64,000 nt of DNA from Octopus vulgaris (taxonomy: Eukaryota). Positions 42,732 to 57,900 of this stretch are shown one piece after another. Under the pieces are notes generated by a model, which was not told the origin of the DNA, ran no database searches, and worked only from the letters and a program-made list of their open reading frames with translations. Positions within the stretch are counted from its first letter, which is position 1; every line of letters begins with the position of its first letter. The translations under genes were made by a program, and so were the position numbers. The DNA lies in assembly GCA_951406725.2 (NCBI GenBank), contig OX597823.1:101370001-101434000 (forward strand). Reading direction: 5' to 3'.

Positions 42732-42941
42732 CACACACACACACGCACATATTTATACAGCAGTTTGCTATGTTTTACCAAAAGGAAAGCTATAATAGTC
42801 ACTAAATACGACTAGGGTGTTAGAAACACTTACATTACTAGAAATAAGAGCTAAAATGATTTAATGGTATAGTCAAAGTACATAATTATATACATATATA
42901 CAAACAGGAACTATAATTGTCCGAAAACGCCGTTCGAGAAT

Positions 42942-42992
42942 TCCTTATACTAAATTCAGTTTCGACTATTTCCGTTGCCTCTTCAGTAAAGA
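42942..42992 (-). ncRNA. Orphan type I hammerhead ribozyme
   Basis: Minus strand reads TCTTTA-CTGAAGA-GGC aacggaaata GTC-GAAA-CTG aatt TAG-TA-TAAGGA. All three stems pair, some with G-U. Confidence 0.7.
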
Positions 42993-43096
42993 CTGGCTTT
43001 ACTTCAGCAGATTTCGGACTTACTTTCTCTGTATGTATGTTTTCATCAAAGAAATCTATGGATGACTTAGTGAATCGCTAAAGTGTATACACACAC

Positions 43097-43129
<33 letters not shown>

Positions 43130-44651
43130 AGTGTAAAGAGAAGAATACAAATTATAGAAATATGAGTACAATATCCAGTGAAGAGCCTAGTTAGAGTTCA
43201 GTCTAGATTACCCTTGACGCAGCAGATCCAAAATGAAACATTCCCGTCGTTTGCTTTCTGTCTTTTCCTTATGTAAGCATAAGAAATAACCACAGTAGGG
43301 TTAAATGCAGTAATTAAGGAAAATATTAACGGTTAGGTGACAACATTATTCTTTGACCGACCTTATTAGGCTTCGCCATATCTTTCTGCATATGTAGTGA
43401 CTAGCTTAGAAATTGTAAAACATATGGCGTCGCTGCGGAACAAGTTTAGCGGATAATTTGATTATAAATAATTAAAATTGATAAAATTATAATTAAATTA
43501 TCCATATATTAAACACTTGTATTTATTAATTCATAAATCTAGTGATTTCTAATGTATATTTCGATATAATATGCATATATTTTAACTTTGTGAATTCTTT
43601 CTTCAAAGAAAGCTTTGAAGAATGTCTCTGGTTATCAGTATGAATCAGATTGAGAAAATCGAGACAGTAATACATCACTGAGCTGGATACAATGCAGAAA
43701 ACGGTTTCATATTTCACTCTTCTGAGGTCAAAACCCAGCAGAAATTACTTCCTAATTCTGCTACCCAGGAATCTAAAGCGACAACAAAAAAAGATAATTG
43801 TTACTTACAATACACTGAAAGAGATTTGAACGACTATAATACTTCCCTTATATTAAATTTAGAACGATTTCTTCTAGGAGATGTGTAGAAGAGTTACAGT
43901 CGGTTAGATCAATAATATTTACCTGGCACTTATTTTACTGAACTCAGTTCGCTTCCATAGCATTTTTTAAAGTTGGTACCCTTCAACTTTCAACAATCTT
44001 CGTCTTCGCAACCGGTATTGTGCACTCTTTATTTATTTCGATGATCTCAATGCAATTTACATCTTAAAAGCATTGGGGTAGTCTTTCGTTTCACTTTCAA
44101 TTTTCCCAAGCATTATTGTATTTTCAAGTAGCCTAGTATTATTACTAACGAGACCGAATCAATTCTCTTCATCTTGTTGTGCCTCTGTGTCTTGCTATTT
44201 TCTCAAACAACGCCTAAAGTTCTAAGATTAACTATTTGGTTCGGGAGGCAATTCCAAGAATTCTGCGAAAGCATTTCATCTCGAACGCTAACAATTTCAT
44301 TTCGAACGCGAACTCTTTCATCTGAATGCTTTTAGTCTCTCCTCTCCTAATACACCTATGTCTCACATTAGCACAACAAAGTTGCAGTTATTGTCGATTG
44401 TACGAGCCTTACTATGTTGCTTGATGTTAACTACTTGGTGTTGCGAATTTTATTCTGTTTCCCTGATTGTGTTGTTGTTGTTTCAGTTGACCTCTTAATT
44501 TCAGTTTTGCATGTTATGTTTTCGTTAATTAGTGGACCCAAGATATTTCGAGGTCGGATACCAGCTGAATGTCATTGATTCCCGCTGCTTCATTGTCGAT
44601 ATCATTGCTTGTTTCGGTGTTGTTCTTCTTCAACAATAATCCGACACTGGA

Positions 44652-45049
44652 AGGCGGCGAGCTGGCAGAAAGTTTAGCACGCCGGGCGAAATGCTTAGCA
44701 GTATTTCGTCTGCCGTTACATTCTGAGTTCAAATTCTGCCGAGGTCGACTTTGCCTTTCATCCTTTCGGAGTCGATAAATTTACGCACTGGGGTCGATAT
44801 AATCGACTTAATCCGTTTGTCTGTTCTTGTTTGTCCCCTCTGTGTTTAGCTCCTTGTGGGTAGTAAAGAAATAGAAATAGGTATTTCGTCTGTCATTACG
44901 TTCTGTGTTCAAATTCCGCGGAGGTCGACTTTGCCTTTCATCCTTTCGGGGTCAATAAATTAAGTACCAGTTGCGTACTGGGGGTCGATCTAATCGACTG
45001 CCCCCTCCCCCAACATTTCGGGCCTTGTGCCTAGAGTAGAAAAGAATAT
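44652..45049 (+). mobile_element. SINE (second family) with internal partial duplication
   Basis: B-box-like GAGTTCAAATTC. GTATTTCGTCTG..GTCGACTTTGCCTTTCATCC occurs twice. 12-bp TSD TCCGACACTGGA at 44640 and 45050. Confidence 0.85.
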
Positions 45050-45126
45050 TCCGACACTGGATATACTTTAAGGAACCTCTACTTTTCTCGTGATACCAAT
45101 TAATACGCCTCTAGAACTGACTGTCA

Positions 45127-45289
45127 CAGTAGTTCTCAACCAATTTTGCCTACGAACCCTTTGATTCCTATCTTACTCTACTGCCCAACCACCATGATAA
45201 GAAAAAAAATCTATTATAGCTCTGTCTTTTCCTTATGTAAGCATAAGAAATAACCACAATTAAGTATCATTAGCAGTTGAGAACCACTG
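45127..45289. mobile_element. hAT/Charlie-like MITE
   Basis: TIRs CAGTAGTTCTCAAC and GTTGAGAACCACTG. Part of the interior recurs at ~43257-43293. Confidence 0.6.
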
Positions 45290-45329
45290 GTCTAACAAAT
45301 CAACGCTGTCATATAGACTTAATACTAAA

Positions 45330-45702
45330 CTAGCAGTATCGCCCGGCGTTGCTCGGGTTTGTTTTGACACTTTAGAATTGGAATTTTGCATTATGTAGCT
45401 TATTATTCTCTTTAAGTGAACATTTTTCTGGTTGAAATACACCGAAAAATGGCGACACAGCAGTCAAAAAATCGTAAAAAATAAGGATTTTCATAGCAAA
45501 AAAGCATCTTTTTGATGTAAATAAATTTTGGTGTTAACATGGTCCGATTTGAATTTTTTCTTCTACGGAAGGAAAAGCAAGCCTTCTTCTATCATACTCT
45601 CAAGTTTGGTCAACTTGCGCCGCAGCGTCTCGGAGGAGATAGTGTTAGTTGAAGGCTACCAAACCTGCCATACACAGACAACTTCAGCTTTATATATAGA
45701 GA
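45330..45702 (-). mobile_element. Non-autonomous Helitron
   Basis: Minus strand has 5' TC, a subterminal hairpin CCCGAGCAACGCCGGG and 3' CTAG, and is inserted between A and T. Confidence 0.8.
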
Positions 45703-46315
45703 TAAAAGCAGCGTAAATAAATGTTGTAAAAACGAGTGCACTGGCATCTCTTCGCTACACTACTTCTGCGTTGCGAATTGCGGGGACGAATTAATTTTGA
45801 TATTCTCAAACAATTAAAAAAAATTTTAAATTGTCAATTGGGTATTTGAGAATTTTAAGCATTGTTTTAGTTTCCCAAATAAAGAGACGATTTATATAAT
45901 TTATTGTAGCCTGTAATTAAATCATTTTGAATATTTAATTCACTAATTAAAATACAAAGGGGATTATAAATTTGAAGCTAAGTTTTTAATTTCCCTGACA
46001 ACCTGTGGTCTAAAGATTATATGCATACATAATCACTTCCCACCACCACCACCACACATATACATATACTACATGCGTACATATTCTCTTATAGTCAGTG
46101 TGTATATATGTGTGCCAGTGTGTGTGCTTGTGTACACACAATCATTCGAAGGTTCGGATCATGCTAAAGGAAATACACCCTCTGTTGCTGAATGATGTCG
46201 AACATAACACGAAACACGACAAGCGTGAGGAGCTCAATACGTATATGGGTATATCGGTTAATCCATTAATTGTATCAGTCGCTCTCTCCCTTTCTCTCTG
46301 ACCCTCTCTCTCTCT

Positions 46316-46353
<38 letters not shown>

Positions 46354-46407
46354 GTTTCTCGCTCTCTCTCTTTTTTTCTTTCTCTCTGTATATATATATA
46401 TATATCT

Positions 46408-46707
46408 ATCACCGTGATCCCCGTAACCGACCAGGCTATCGGATGTTGCTCCACATCGCTGGTAACAATGCGCTTCGCATTGTTTTAGCCTTCAAATGAC
46501 GCCATCCCGCTGGCTAAGCGAGCAGGCCAACAGAAGAAAGAGTGAGAGAAAGTTGTGGCGAAAGAGTACAGCAGGGATCGCCACTACCCCCTGCCGGAAC
46601 CTCGTGGAGCTTTAAGTGTTTTCACTCAATAAATACTCACAACGCCCGGTCTGGGAATCGAAACCGCGATCCTACGACCGCGAGTCCGCTGCCCTAACCA
46701 CTGGGCC
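46408..46707 (-). mobile_element. tRNA-derived SINE (third family)
   Basis: Minus-strand head TGGCCCAGTGGTTAGGGCAGCGGACT..GGTTTCGATTCCC. Confidence 0.75.
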
Positions 46708-48702
46708 ACACACATACATACACTTATATTCATATGTATGTATATAGCTACAAATACGCACCTGTTCTTGTAGTTGTCGTTTAATTTCAGATTAATCTGA
46801 TCGATTAAACTTTTAGTCAAAGGGTTTCCAGCTACGTTAACCTCCTTATCACTTTGTATATTCATGGCTATATTTTCCAATGTATTCTTCCTTTTTCTCA
46901 GATGGCAATGCGGTATTTTGTGAGAAATTTTAACTGCTACCTGCGTAGTTGAAACCTCGTGGTTTTGATTAACGATGAAGTACTTAAGATAGAAAATTTC
47001 CTCTAGGGCGCAGAGATGGGCAGAGTTTGTAAGAAAGCCTAACAGTTACCCATAAAGCAAGTCTCTCCTCTCCACGTCACCAATTGTTGTCCGTTGAGAA
47101 AGCAAGGCCCTACGTTGGCATTTTAACTCTAGTGTTATCGAAGGCGAACTCAGAACGTAAAGAACTTGCCAGGATATTGCAAATAATTTTGTCCCACACT
47201 AACAATTAGCGGCAACTCAGAACGCAAATAGCTGGAACAAATATCAGGAGATATTTTGCCCGCAGCTTTACTGTTTAAAAAAAAATGTATATATATCCAA
47301 CATGTCTCTTAAAATGTCTAATACAAATGTAATAAAAGTTTGCATATAATAAGTATTTTTTATTCGACGTGTTCGAATGCGCAATATGTATATACTACAG
47401 TACCCGAGCCGTCAATAATTACGGAGTCATTGCTGAGATTGACAGTATTTGCTAACGAGAGTATATGCATATAAATAAAAATGCCAAAGTAACAAGAAAG
47501 TAAGAAAATTGTACTTATGACTCCAGAATCGTCAACACGCCAGGTAAAATACTTAGCGGCATTTTGTCCGTCTTTAAGTTCTGAGTTCAAATCCGGATTG
47601 GATTGAAGAAACCATCCGACGGGGACTGGAGGATGGCGGGCCCAGGCTCTTAAATGTAAGGGTATTGCCGGCGATCGATTGGGAAGGGTCAAAAGCGATT
47701 TTGACTCTGTGGACCCCATCGGCCGCAATAGATCTGGTTTTTCCAGATTTCTTGAAAATGGCTGGCTGCAGGTATCCCGGTCAAAGGGAGAGGTGGATGT
47801 GGTCGAGGAGGCTTCAGCCTCCTCAACTCAAAAAGGATTAAAAAGGAAGAAGGCTGGTAACAATAGTTGCCCGCCGAAGGAACCTAAGGCTTCGGGAGGC
47901 GGGGGAGAGTCTCCGGACAAAGCGGAAGAGCTCCACTCTCCCGAAGTCAGGAAGAAAAGAAAAAAAAGAAGGAAGAAGAACGGGTCATCTCAGCGGGGAG
48001 ATGATGTGCCATCTGCATGTCCCGAAGTTGTGCCACCCACGGTGGAAGAAACCACCCCCACCCTTAAAGATGATCAATTAATTATCTTTTTCTATAAGGG
48101 CGGGGAGGTGGAAAAAATAGTGGAAGAACATAAAGAGACAGTAGATATGCCCTTCACACGGGATCCCGAATGGCCTACGCAGATAGCTGTGGAGATCATA
48201 AGGTTTCCCTTGTGGGAAAGGCTTAAAGGATTTAGGGGAGGAGTGTCGCATATGGCCGGGTGGCCCTTACACGACTTACATGTTCTACATGAGTGAGGCA
48301 TGGGAAATGGCGGGATACAGGAACTCAAGCGGAATTGAAGATAATGATGAATATATCGATGGATTTATCGAAGAGTAGGAGGTGAAAGACCCTCGTTATA
48401 GGGTTTGAAACCTCATCTTATTGCATTATTTGTAGTGGTTTATAACCTCAATTCTGTGTTTTTTAAAAAAAAAAACATGTTAAGTAAGAGGTTTTAGTGC
48501 CTCCTTCTTGTAAGAGGTTTGAAACCTCATATTGATTTTTTAAAAAAAGAAAATATGTTTTCGAGAAAAATCCAATCGGCGGGTGTTGGGTTTCGTCTCT
48601 CATTTATTCATTCTATTTCATTTTCATTCATTAATGTGTTTGTCCAGCCCGCAAAACTACACACTCTTTGTACTGTCTATGATGACAAATTTTATGAAAT
48701 AA

Positions 48703-49145
<443 letters not shown>

Positions 49146-51597
49146 CACTGGAAACGTTCTTAAAGATCAATACTTCTTATGTAGACACGAGGCAGCACCA
49201 ACACACTGTCAATTCTGAATTTTTAATCAGTAATTTCAAATTATTTCTACTTTTCGTTCAGCTTAAAGCAAGAAATACATGCATGGAGTGTAATACGTAA
49301 ATGCCCTGAAGATGAATACATGATACCTCTCAGTAAATAAAAAGGAATAGAGAAAATTATATACAGATATATACACATTCATAGGCTGCATGTGTAATTA
49401 CGTGTGTCTCTGCTTACGACCACATTAGGCTCTAGATCAACTGCAAATACACGTTCACACGCATACGCGCGTGCGCACACACACATGTGCATGTATGCAT
49501 TATACATATACATTTGCATGTGTTTGTATGTGTGTGTGTGTGTGCGCGCGCGTATGTATATATGCATACATATGCATTTATATATCCTTTCTCCTTTACC
49601 AGTTTCATTTCGAGAATTGCGGTCATGTTGGGGCATCGCCTTTACCTTTGCTACACTTTCGCTACTTGAAACCCCCTCTGATCTGTGGCATTTGGTCAAT
49701 GATGGAGTTTAATGCTGCTACCCTCATCTGCTTTTCTTGCCGCAAGGTAGGTTCATCCGGAACTCTTGACAGGGAAAAATGCAATTTTGTTTTGAAGATA
49801 CCTATATACCCCCCTGGAGATTTCTCAGGTTTTTTTTGTGGGGGTGGGGGAAGATATCGAAATGGCTTGGGACCTTGAAACCCAAGCTGTTGCAGTATCT
49901 GCTCCTGTATCCTTTTCGGACATTTGGCCCTATGTAGTGGCGCCCCGTTCTACTGTTTGTGTATATGTGTTTATAAAAGTAGTATTTGTGTGTGCGAATA
50001 CATGTCTTTATGACGTATTTATGCACGAACAGAACGTTTTCCAAGTGATGGGATGGTAAAAAGAAAGCCAGAAACAAGCAAACAGATAGATAGAACCCGC
50101 CTCTGCTACACACAAAACATACATATATCAGGTTCCCCACAGTTCCTGTCTATCAAGTTCATTCACAAGGTACTGATCAATCCAAGAAGAAAACTTATAA
50201 TCCACGCCGTGGGACCGAACGCAAAACGACATGATTTCAAAGTGAACTTCGTCACACACTATGCGTGGGTGACTATAAGAGAATATGTACGTATGTAGTA
50301 TATGTATATGTGTGGTGGAAATTAAAAACTTAGCTTCAAATCTATAATCCCCTTTGTATTTTAATCAGTGAATTAAATATTCAAAATGATTTAATTACAG
50401 GCTACAATAAATTATATAAATTTATTTGGGAAACTAAAACAATGCTTAAAGGGAACTTCGCAAAATGACATGATTTCAAAGTGAACAGATAGCCATGCAG
50501 CCATACTCAAAAAATAATCTATAAAAGTCACGGTTTTCACCCTGGGCGTTATATTACTAAACATTTCTTTGTTTAACTGAGATTATTAAAAATTACAACG
50601 TCTATACCCACATTGTTCCACACTCTACACAACAATGGGTGTATATAATACTGAACCATTATGTCTACGATAATCTCGTGAAAATCACAACATCCGGTCA
50701 ACCTGGTTTTCACTGGTGTATTTTCGGCCATTGTTTTGCGGTCAAGGTCATTGCTTGTTTGCATCATCAATATTCTCCTCCCTCATTATTTCTCTCTTTC
50801 CTCATGATACTCCTTCATCATGGTCCCTTCTCTCCCTCCCCTTCCTCTTCCTTTTTTCTCTTCCCATTTCTTCTTGTTGAAACGATACAAAATATATCAC
50901 AATAACAATCGGCTTTCTCGCTACAAACCTCGCCACAGTCGCCACAATCACTATCATTATAATAAACAGGTGCATCAGGAAAAAAGTGTGGTAACTTCAG
51001 CACCAGCAATACCAACAAGAACAATAACACCACCACAACCATCACCACCTGCACCACGAAGTACTTTTTCCACCAACGCCACCACCACAACCACCACCAC
51101 CACCACCACCACATCACCACCACCACATCATCACCACCAACTCCACCACCACATCACCACCACCACATCATCACCACCACCACCACATCACCACCATTAC
51201 CATCACCACGTATTCTTCTATGATAACCCTATTTAACCTCCAGCATTGATATGCTTTTGGGAAAGTCAAACAAGCTCGTTTACTACAATGTTCAAGGAAT
51301 ATATGGTTTCGTGTGTGTGTGTGACATTAAAAGCCGTATGCTGTTTCAATGACATTGTAATAAATATATTAGCAATGCACAGAGTATCTGAAAAATTGTG
51401 GAAGTATATTTAGAACACATCTTAAAATACCCGCCGCTTCGTTTCTCTCGATCGTCAACCTAGTTTTCAATCTTTGTGTGCATGTGTATGTGTGTATGCA
51501 GGTATAGACGGATCTATCTATCGACATAGTATCAATCTCTCCTCAGCGCTCTCCCTCTATCTCTCTTTCTTTCTCTCTCTCCCCCTCTCTCTCTATT

Positions 51598-51645
<48 letters not shown>

Positions 51646-53395
51646 CACACACAAGTAGATAGATACCTGTTACCTATCTATCTATCATCTTTTCTCTCTC
51701 TCTCTCTCTCCCCAAATACAATATACATAAACACACGCACGTCTGCATGTGTGTATTTATGCAGTGATGGCTAGATATACTTCATTGGAACCTATAACTT
51801 CGTAATGCACACTCGAAGCAGGGTAAGATCTGGGATTTCAGGTGGACAAAGCTAGGCCAATTTCTTAGACGTACATTAGGGAATTTATGTAAAGTAATGT
51901 AAACTGAGACACCAAACAATAGCGTCCGGCGATTGAATGCAATAAGTGTTTCGTAAACTTTTCATACACCCCCCACCCACTATTCGACAAATGAAGTTGT
52001 TGACAGTCCCCAGCAAGAAGTTTCATCACTGACTAAAGAATAAAGTTTCATCCCCAACTAAAATCTTTTTGAGGAGCAATATATCATTGACTGATATGGC
52101 AGTTATATGCTTACACATCAACTAGTCTTATTGTCAGATAATTTTTGAACCCTTGACAAATGAAAATGCCTCACGCCATTTGAGAGAGTTGTTTGAGATA
52201 GAGAGCAACTTCGAAGCCTGCTGTATTGAATTGTATGGAATTTGTTCGAAATGAATTAAATCCATTGCAGGTGGATTAATATGGAGACTGTTTTGACCTT
52301 CCTGACTGAGCTAATTCTTCAGCTGCATTCGTACCTTAGAGTCGCTTGAAAGTTTCACGAATGGTGATATGTTAAGGACGGTTCCGATATATTTCTTGTT
52401 TTTAATCCTTTTCACTATTGCTTCGTTACGTTTCTTACTTTTAGCACAAGGAATAACCGTCATCTTATAATGGCATTTTTCTAAACTATGTAAAACGATG
52501 TGCGGATGTGATGTGCGCGCGCCTCTGTGAGTGTATATGTGTGTGTATGTGCTTCTGTCCGTGATTGTGCGCGTGTATGCCTCTGTATGTGTATATGTGT
52601 GCCTCTGTTCACGTGTCTCTTTCACTTTCTGTGTATGTGTGTGCGTGTGCGCATGTGTGTGTACGTGCGTATAAACAAATGTTCGCAACAATATAACAAA
52701 ACAATACAAAAATAAATAGAATCAAAATTATAACAAGATGAAAATTAGAAATGCTATGAGTGACTTTAAAGCTAATTGGACTTCTGAGGGTATCATCCCC
52801 CAAAGATACATGACTCCTAAGAGAAGGTGGAAAGGGTCCTAAGACAAGATTGCTCTGGTGGGGCACGCTTTCTATTTTGCATCCAGTATCTGACTGGATG
52901 ATGCAAGTGAATCTGAAGAACAGATTCATCTTTCTTGAAGTGGTGGCAATGATTTTACTCCGACCGAATATAGTTCTTCTGTTCGGGAGAACAAAACGAT
53001 CTTCCTCTCATTACCCCTGGAAGTTAGCTACCGCGGATTCCTAGGAAGATCAATGCGCTGGGTATTGAAGAAAACTGGATTAAAACCTATATATCAAAAG
53101 ACAGCCAGTAGGAATATCAGCTCAGAATAATTGTGGTTGACAAGAGATCAGAGATTGAACCGTTCTATAGGTAAAGGTTAATCCATTCCTCATTGCCACA
53201 CTCGGACGATGCTTACAGCCTAAGGGGCGAAACGCTTGTGATTCTGAGATATCTATTGAAGGTACAGGAGGGTATTTTCAACATTGACGTAGATGTAGTC
53301 ACCAACAAGCGATTGGCTTGCAACGTCTTTATATAACTCACATAATTTCTGTTTGAAGCAAATAATCTTTTCTGTTTTTTCACCTTTATTATATA

Positions 53396-54245
53396 CTAGC
53401 AGTATTGCCTGGCTCGTGCGCTCGTGCGTTCTATGCACGCGCGAATTAAGCTAAACTTGGATGAAGTTCAATCAAAATTCAATTATTTTGGTTTTAAAAT
53501 CAAGCATTTAATGCCCTCTATTTTTGTGCTTATGTGTTCCATTTCCTCAATAGGAAGTACGTAGAAGCGTTTCATAAATTTTTGTTGATCAAATAATTGC
53601 ATTGTTGAATTATTCTTTTAGATCAGTATTTCTCAACGGGGATTTCAGGGGGGAGTTTCAGGGAGTCGCTGGCGATGTATCTTGATGATCAAAAATCCGG
53701 CCTGCTAAAATTTGGTTAAAGTGATTCAAACTGCAGACTCAACGCAAAATGGTCACATTTAATTCAAAGCGTTAAACATGTTATGAAAACAATTGGTATG
53801 TGTTCACAAAGTCCAAACGATTAATACGAAAAAACCCTCCAGGCTACATCCCGAAAATTCATTTCATTGCCGAATTTCTACAATGTTTACGGCGATTCGT
53901 TTTTATATCTTGATTTTATATTTTTCATGCAATTTACGCATGCTTGCACGCGCGGTGAACACAGTTCACGTCAAACAGCTGACCGAGTAAAGTTCACTAT
54001 TCAATGCATGGGATAAAGCTTAAACAAACACATTATCGATTTTTGCACTTGCGAGATGAATTTCGGAACAGAAATAGCGCAGTTCAGTTTTGATTTGCCT
54101 AAACTTTAAGTGACCCATTTTTGGTGGTTCTACGATTTGTTGGCTAGGAGGAGATGTGCTGGGAAGTTAAACACACAGACACACACACAGATACACACAC
54201 AGACACACAAGTTGAGTTATATATATATATATAGAGAGAGAGAGA
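53396..54245 (-). mobile_element. Non-autonomous Helitron (longer variant)
   Basis: Same CTAGCAGTAT terminus and TC(TA)n opposite end as the 45330 and 60324 copies. Confidence 0.6.
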
Positions 54246-54742
54246 TTACATAAATATCTGGCGGCTGTATGTGCTCGCACACACACACACACACACACAC
54301 ACTCGCACATATACATATATCATACATATCAAATAAAACTAGTAAATTAGCAGTGAGTTTTTTTGACAAGAAGCGTCAATATATCTACATAACACAAATT
54401 AGACTTTATGTATGAAATAGAAGAGAATGTATTCAACACGTTTCTATGCACTAATGAATGTTCCTACATTTGTATGTATACATCCGAATATGCAAATATA
54501 TATAAAATTCATGATTAACAAGTTCGCGAACATACCTACCAACGTACCAATCTGTGTACCGACCAATCTACATGTATTTCAGTTACTTTATCTCACTATG
54601 ACTGATGCTTTTACAATTCTACATTTTCTCTTTTTTTTTTCTTTTCTACCTGCGCGTCGGAGATTCTCCGGAGTAATAAAGCTATTGGATCTGTTGAAAT
54701 GAATGCAGTATCGAGAACTTTTTCTTGTTCATTAATAACAAA

Positions 54743-54802
<60 letters not shown>

Positions 54803-54847
54803 GTAGCGGGGCCGCGCTTTGAGTCTATCATTCAATCAACCTGTCTG

Positions 54848-54936
<89 letters not shown>

Positions 54937-54937
54937 A

Positions 54938-57900
54938 TCACAATGGACGGACGCTAGTCATATCGGCTCCACGTAAGTTGGCCACTTTTACATGTTTAAA
55001 ACTCCTTGTCAAATATTTTGTTTTAATCGTTGTGCAAGTTCATTCACTAAAAAACCTCAGAATTATTCACGTAGAATTCCGCCCCTGTATGGGCGAAATT
55101 ACCAGAAACTTTCAAAACTTTAGTTGGTTCTTTTTAGCCATTTTTCATTTTGAAAATGGCAACTAGAAACCACGTGGCTAGCCCGCCAGTCATGCAGAAC
55201 GGTAGCGAAACACTATTGCTACCACTAGCTGCTAAACCTCGCAGCTTGAACACCGCTGTCACCAACACCACCACCAACAACAACAACAGCAAAACTAACG
55301 TCGCGTCCGAAGACATTAACTTAGATTTCCCCCCACTCCCTACACCACTTGACGATGATAAAAGGACGGAGAAAGGGATTTCAAAAACGAATACAGACGA
55401 AAACATGAATGCCAGCACCACCACCATCACCACCACCAACAACAACAACGAAATGGGCACAAAGCCGCCTACCAAAGACAACACCGCCAACACCAACACC
55501 ACTACCACGACTTCAACTGCTATAACTAACCCTTCTGCTGCTAAAACGAATTTTGCGGATGTGACAAAACAAAAACGAACAATTGTAAAATTCACCACAC
55601 AGGAAATAAACCGCACAAAAGCACTCTTCACCAAAGAAGGAGACAAATTGCACCTTCACATTCCACAACACATCGTGGAAAACACACACAAAAAAAGCAA
55701 TAATTTATAAAGTAATAAACAAGAAAACAAGACGAACAGAAAATGCACCGCAGGAAAAAATTGAAAAATGTCTTCGTCCTGCATGGGACTCCAAGGAATA
55801 TATCAGTTGGGGAAATAAATTTGGTACAGTCCAAGTACGTTTCCTCAACGAAAATTTAGCAAAACATTTTTCCACATTGGAGCTGCATTCGGACGACTTG
55901 GTAATGATACCAGTCTATTTAAACAAGAGAGTCACGAAAGTCCAAATAAAAAATGTACCACTTGAAGTCGAAACACAATGGTTAGTCTCTGCCATCTGCT
56001 TTGAAATGACAGAGACAATGTCAGAGACAAACATCCTTGAAATCGCTGTTCTAGGAGAGAAAGACTATGTGGGAAAATCAATCGAATTCCTTCTTCATTT
56101 GGATGAAGCAGCAAGAGAGAAGATACCCACCACTATAGAACTGCCAGGAGGCTACAAACTTTATGTAGTGGTAGAGGGCAGGCGACCACGCTGCTATTTG
56201 TGTGGAAGCGAAACACACTTGAAAAAGACGTGCCCAACCACTGCACACCAAGAGCAACAACAACCACTACCACAACCAAAGCACTCCGAAAAAAAAGCTC
56301 TACTACCCACACCACCATCAACACAGAAGACGACAAGAGAAGCACACCAAGCTAATCCGTCATCAACCAAAAACCACTCAACACCTGGAAAAATACTAAC
56401 AACAGCAAGAACCAAAGGAACAGAAAAACAAATAAAACACACAAAAACTGACCCCCCCATCCCTTATACCGCACTCAACACACACAAACACTCAACAACC
56501 AACAACAACGAAAACAACAACACAACCACTTACACAGACATACATAGAAGCCTACAACATACCCCTACCCCCTACTGATTCCTCAGAAATTTCGTCGGAA
56601 GACGAAACCAGTGAGGAATGGAAAATAGCTACAAAAAGAAGGAAAATAAAGAGCAAAAACACAACCAAACCAAATGCAAACACGAACAAAGCAGAGGGAA
56701 ATACATCTCCCGAAGACATTTCAAAACCCAACACAAACAACAGCCACACTGAAAAGCTACGAAGCGGTGACAGGAGCGAAAATCAACCGGGAAAAGTCAG
56801 TGGGCTTGCGACTAGGCACCTGGAGAAGCAAGCCCATGCCGTCCACCAGCGCCTCCGTCGTGGGACGCTGGACCGACGGCCCGGTTGAGTTGCTTGGGGT
56901 CTGGTTTGGTCCGGACCTCCAAGTGGAGAAGAACTGGAACAAGAGAACGAGTAGGGTGGTCACTCTCGCCCGGCAATGGGCCGAGAGGAAACTGTCCCTA
57001 AAAGGTCGGGCGGAGGTGGTGAACACGTACATCGCGTCCGTCATCTACTACCGCCTGACCGTCGTACCTTGTCCCGACCCTGGTCGACAAGGCACAAACA
57101 TGCGCCGTGCCAGGCCGGACCATCCATGACAACCTCCACCTCATGCGCTACATCATAGACAGGGTAGTTAACGAACCTGGCATGGGTGGGGCGCTGATCA
57201 ATTTGGATCAATCGAAAGCTTTCGATAGGGTAGACCATCGATACTTGGAGGCGGTCCTCAGAGCGGCTGGCTTCGGTCCCGTCTTCCGCGGCTGGATAGC
57301 CGCTTTGTACAGAGGCATCCGTTCGGTAATTCGCGTGAATGGACATCTATCGAGACCCTTCGACATCGCACGTTCGGTCCGTCAGGGATGCCCCCTCTCG
57401 TCGCTTCTATACGTATTGACTCTCAAGCCATTATTGCGGAAGCTGGCAACTTTGAGGGGCATCCCGCGAGAACTGGGATGCGGGACGAGCGTGTCTGCAT
57501 ACGCGGACGACGTCACCGTCATAGTGTCTAGCCACGAGCACATCGAGCAGTTCCATCACCAAACTACAACGCATTCTCTTTCGCTTCTTGTGGAAAGGAT
57601 GCGTCCCGATGGTCAGGCGATCCATTTGCTGTCAACACCCGTTAAAAGGAGGGCTGGGCATGCCGTGGTTGATGATGCGCAGACACGCGCTGAGACTGCG
57701 ACATCTCTGGCTCTATGTAGACGACGGTGAACAGGTGTGGTCGCCGTTTGTGAGGCACGCTTTCCCGCAGCTCGTCTCCATGACCGAACTGCAGTCGTGG
57801 ATCAAAAAGAGGCCGAGGAAGGGCGAATGGCACCGCGAGTGTCGCGTTGCTCTCAAGCAACTCTGCCGTCCTGGGTCGACCTTGAGTGACTTCAACACAA

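Noticed and set aside
50820-51236. Pro/Thr/His-rich ORF as a host exon
   Set aside because: Mostly decayed (CAC)n repeat, with no supporting domain or gene structure.
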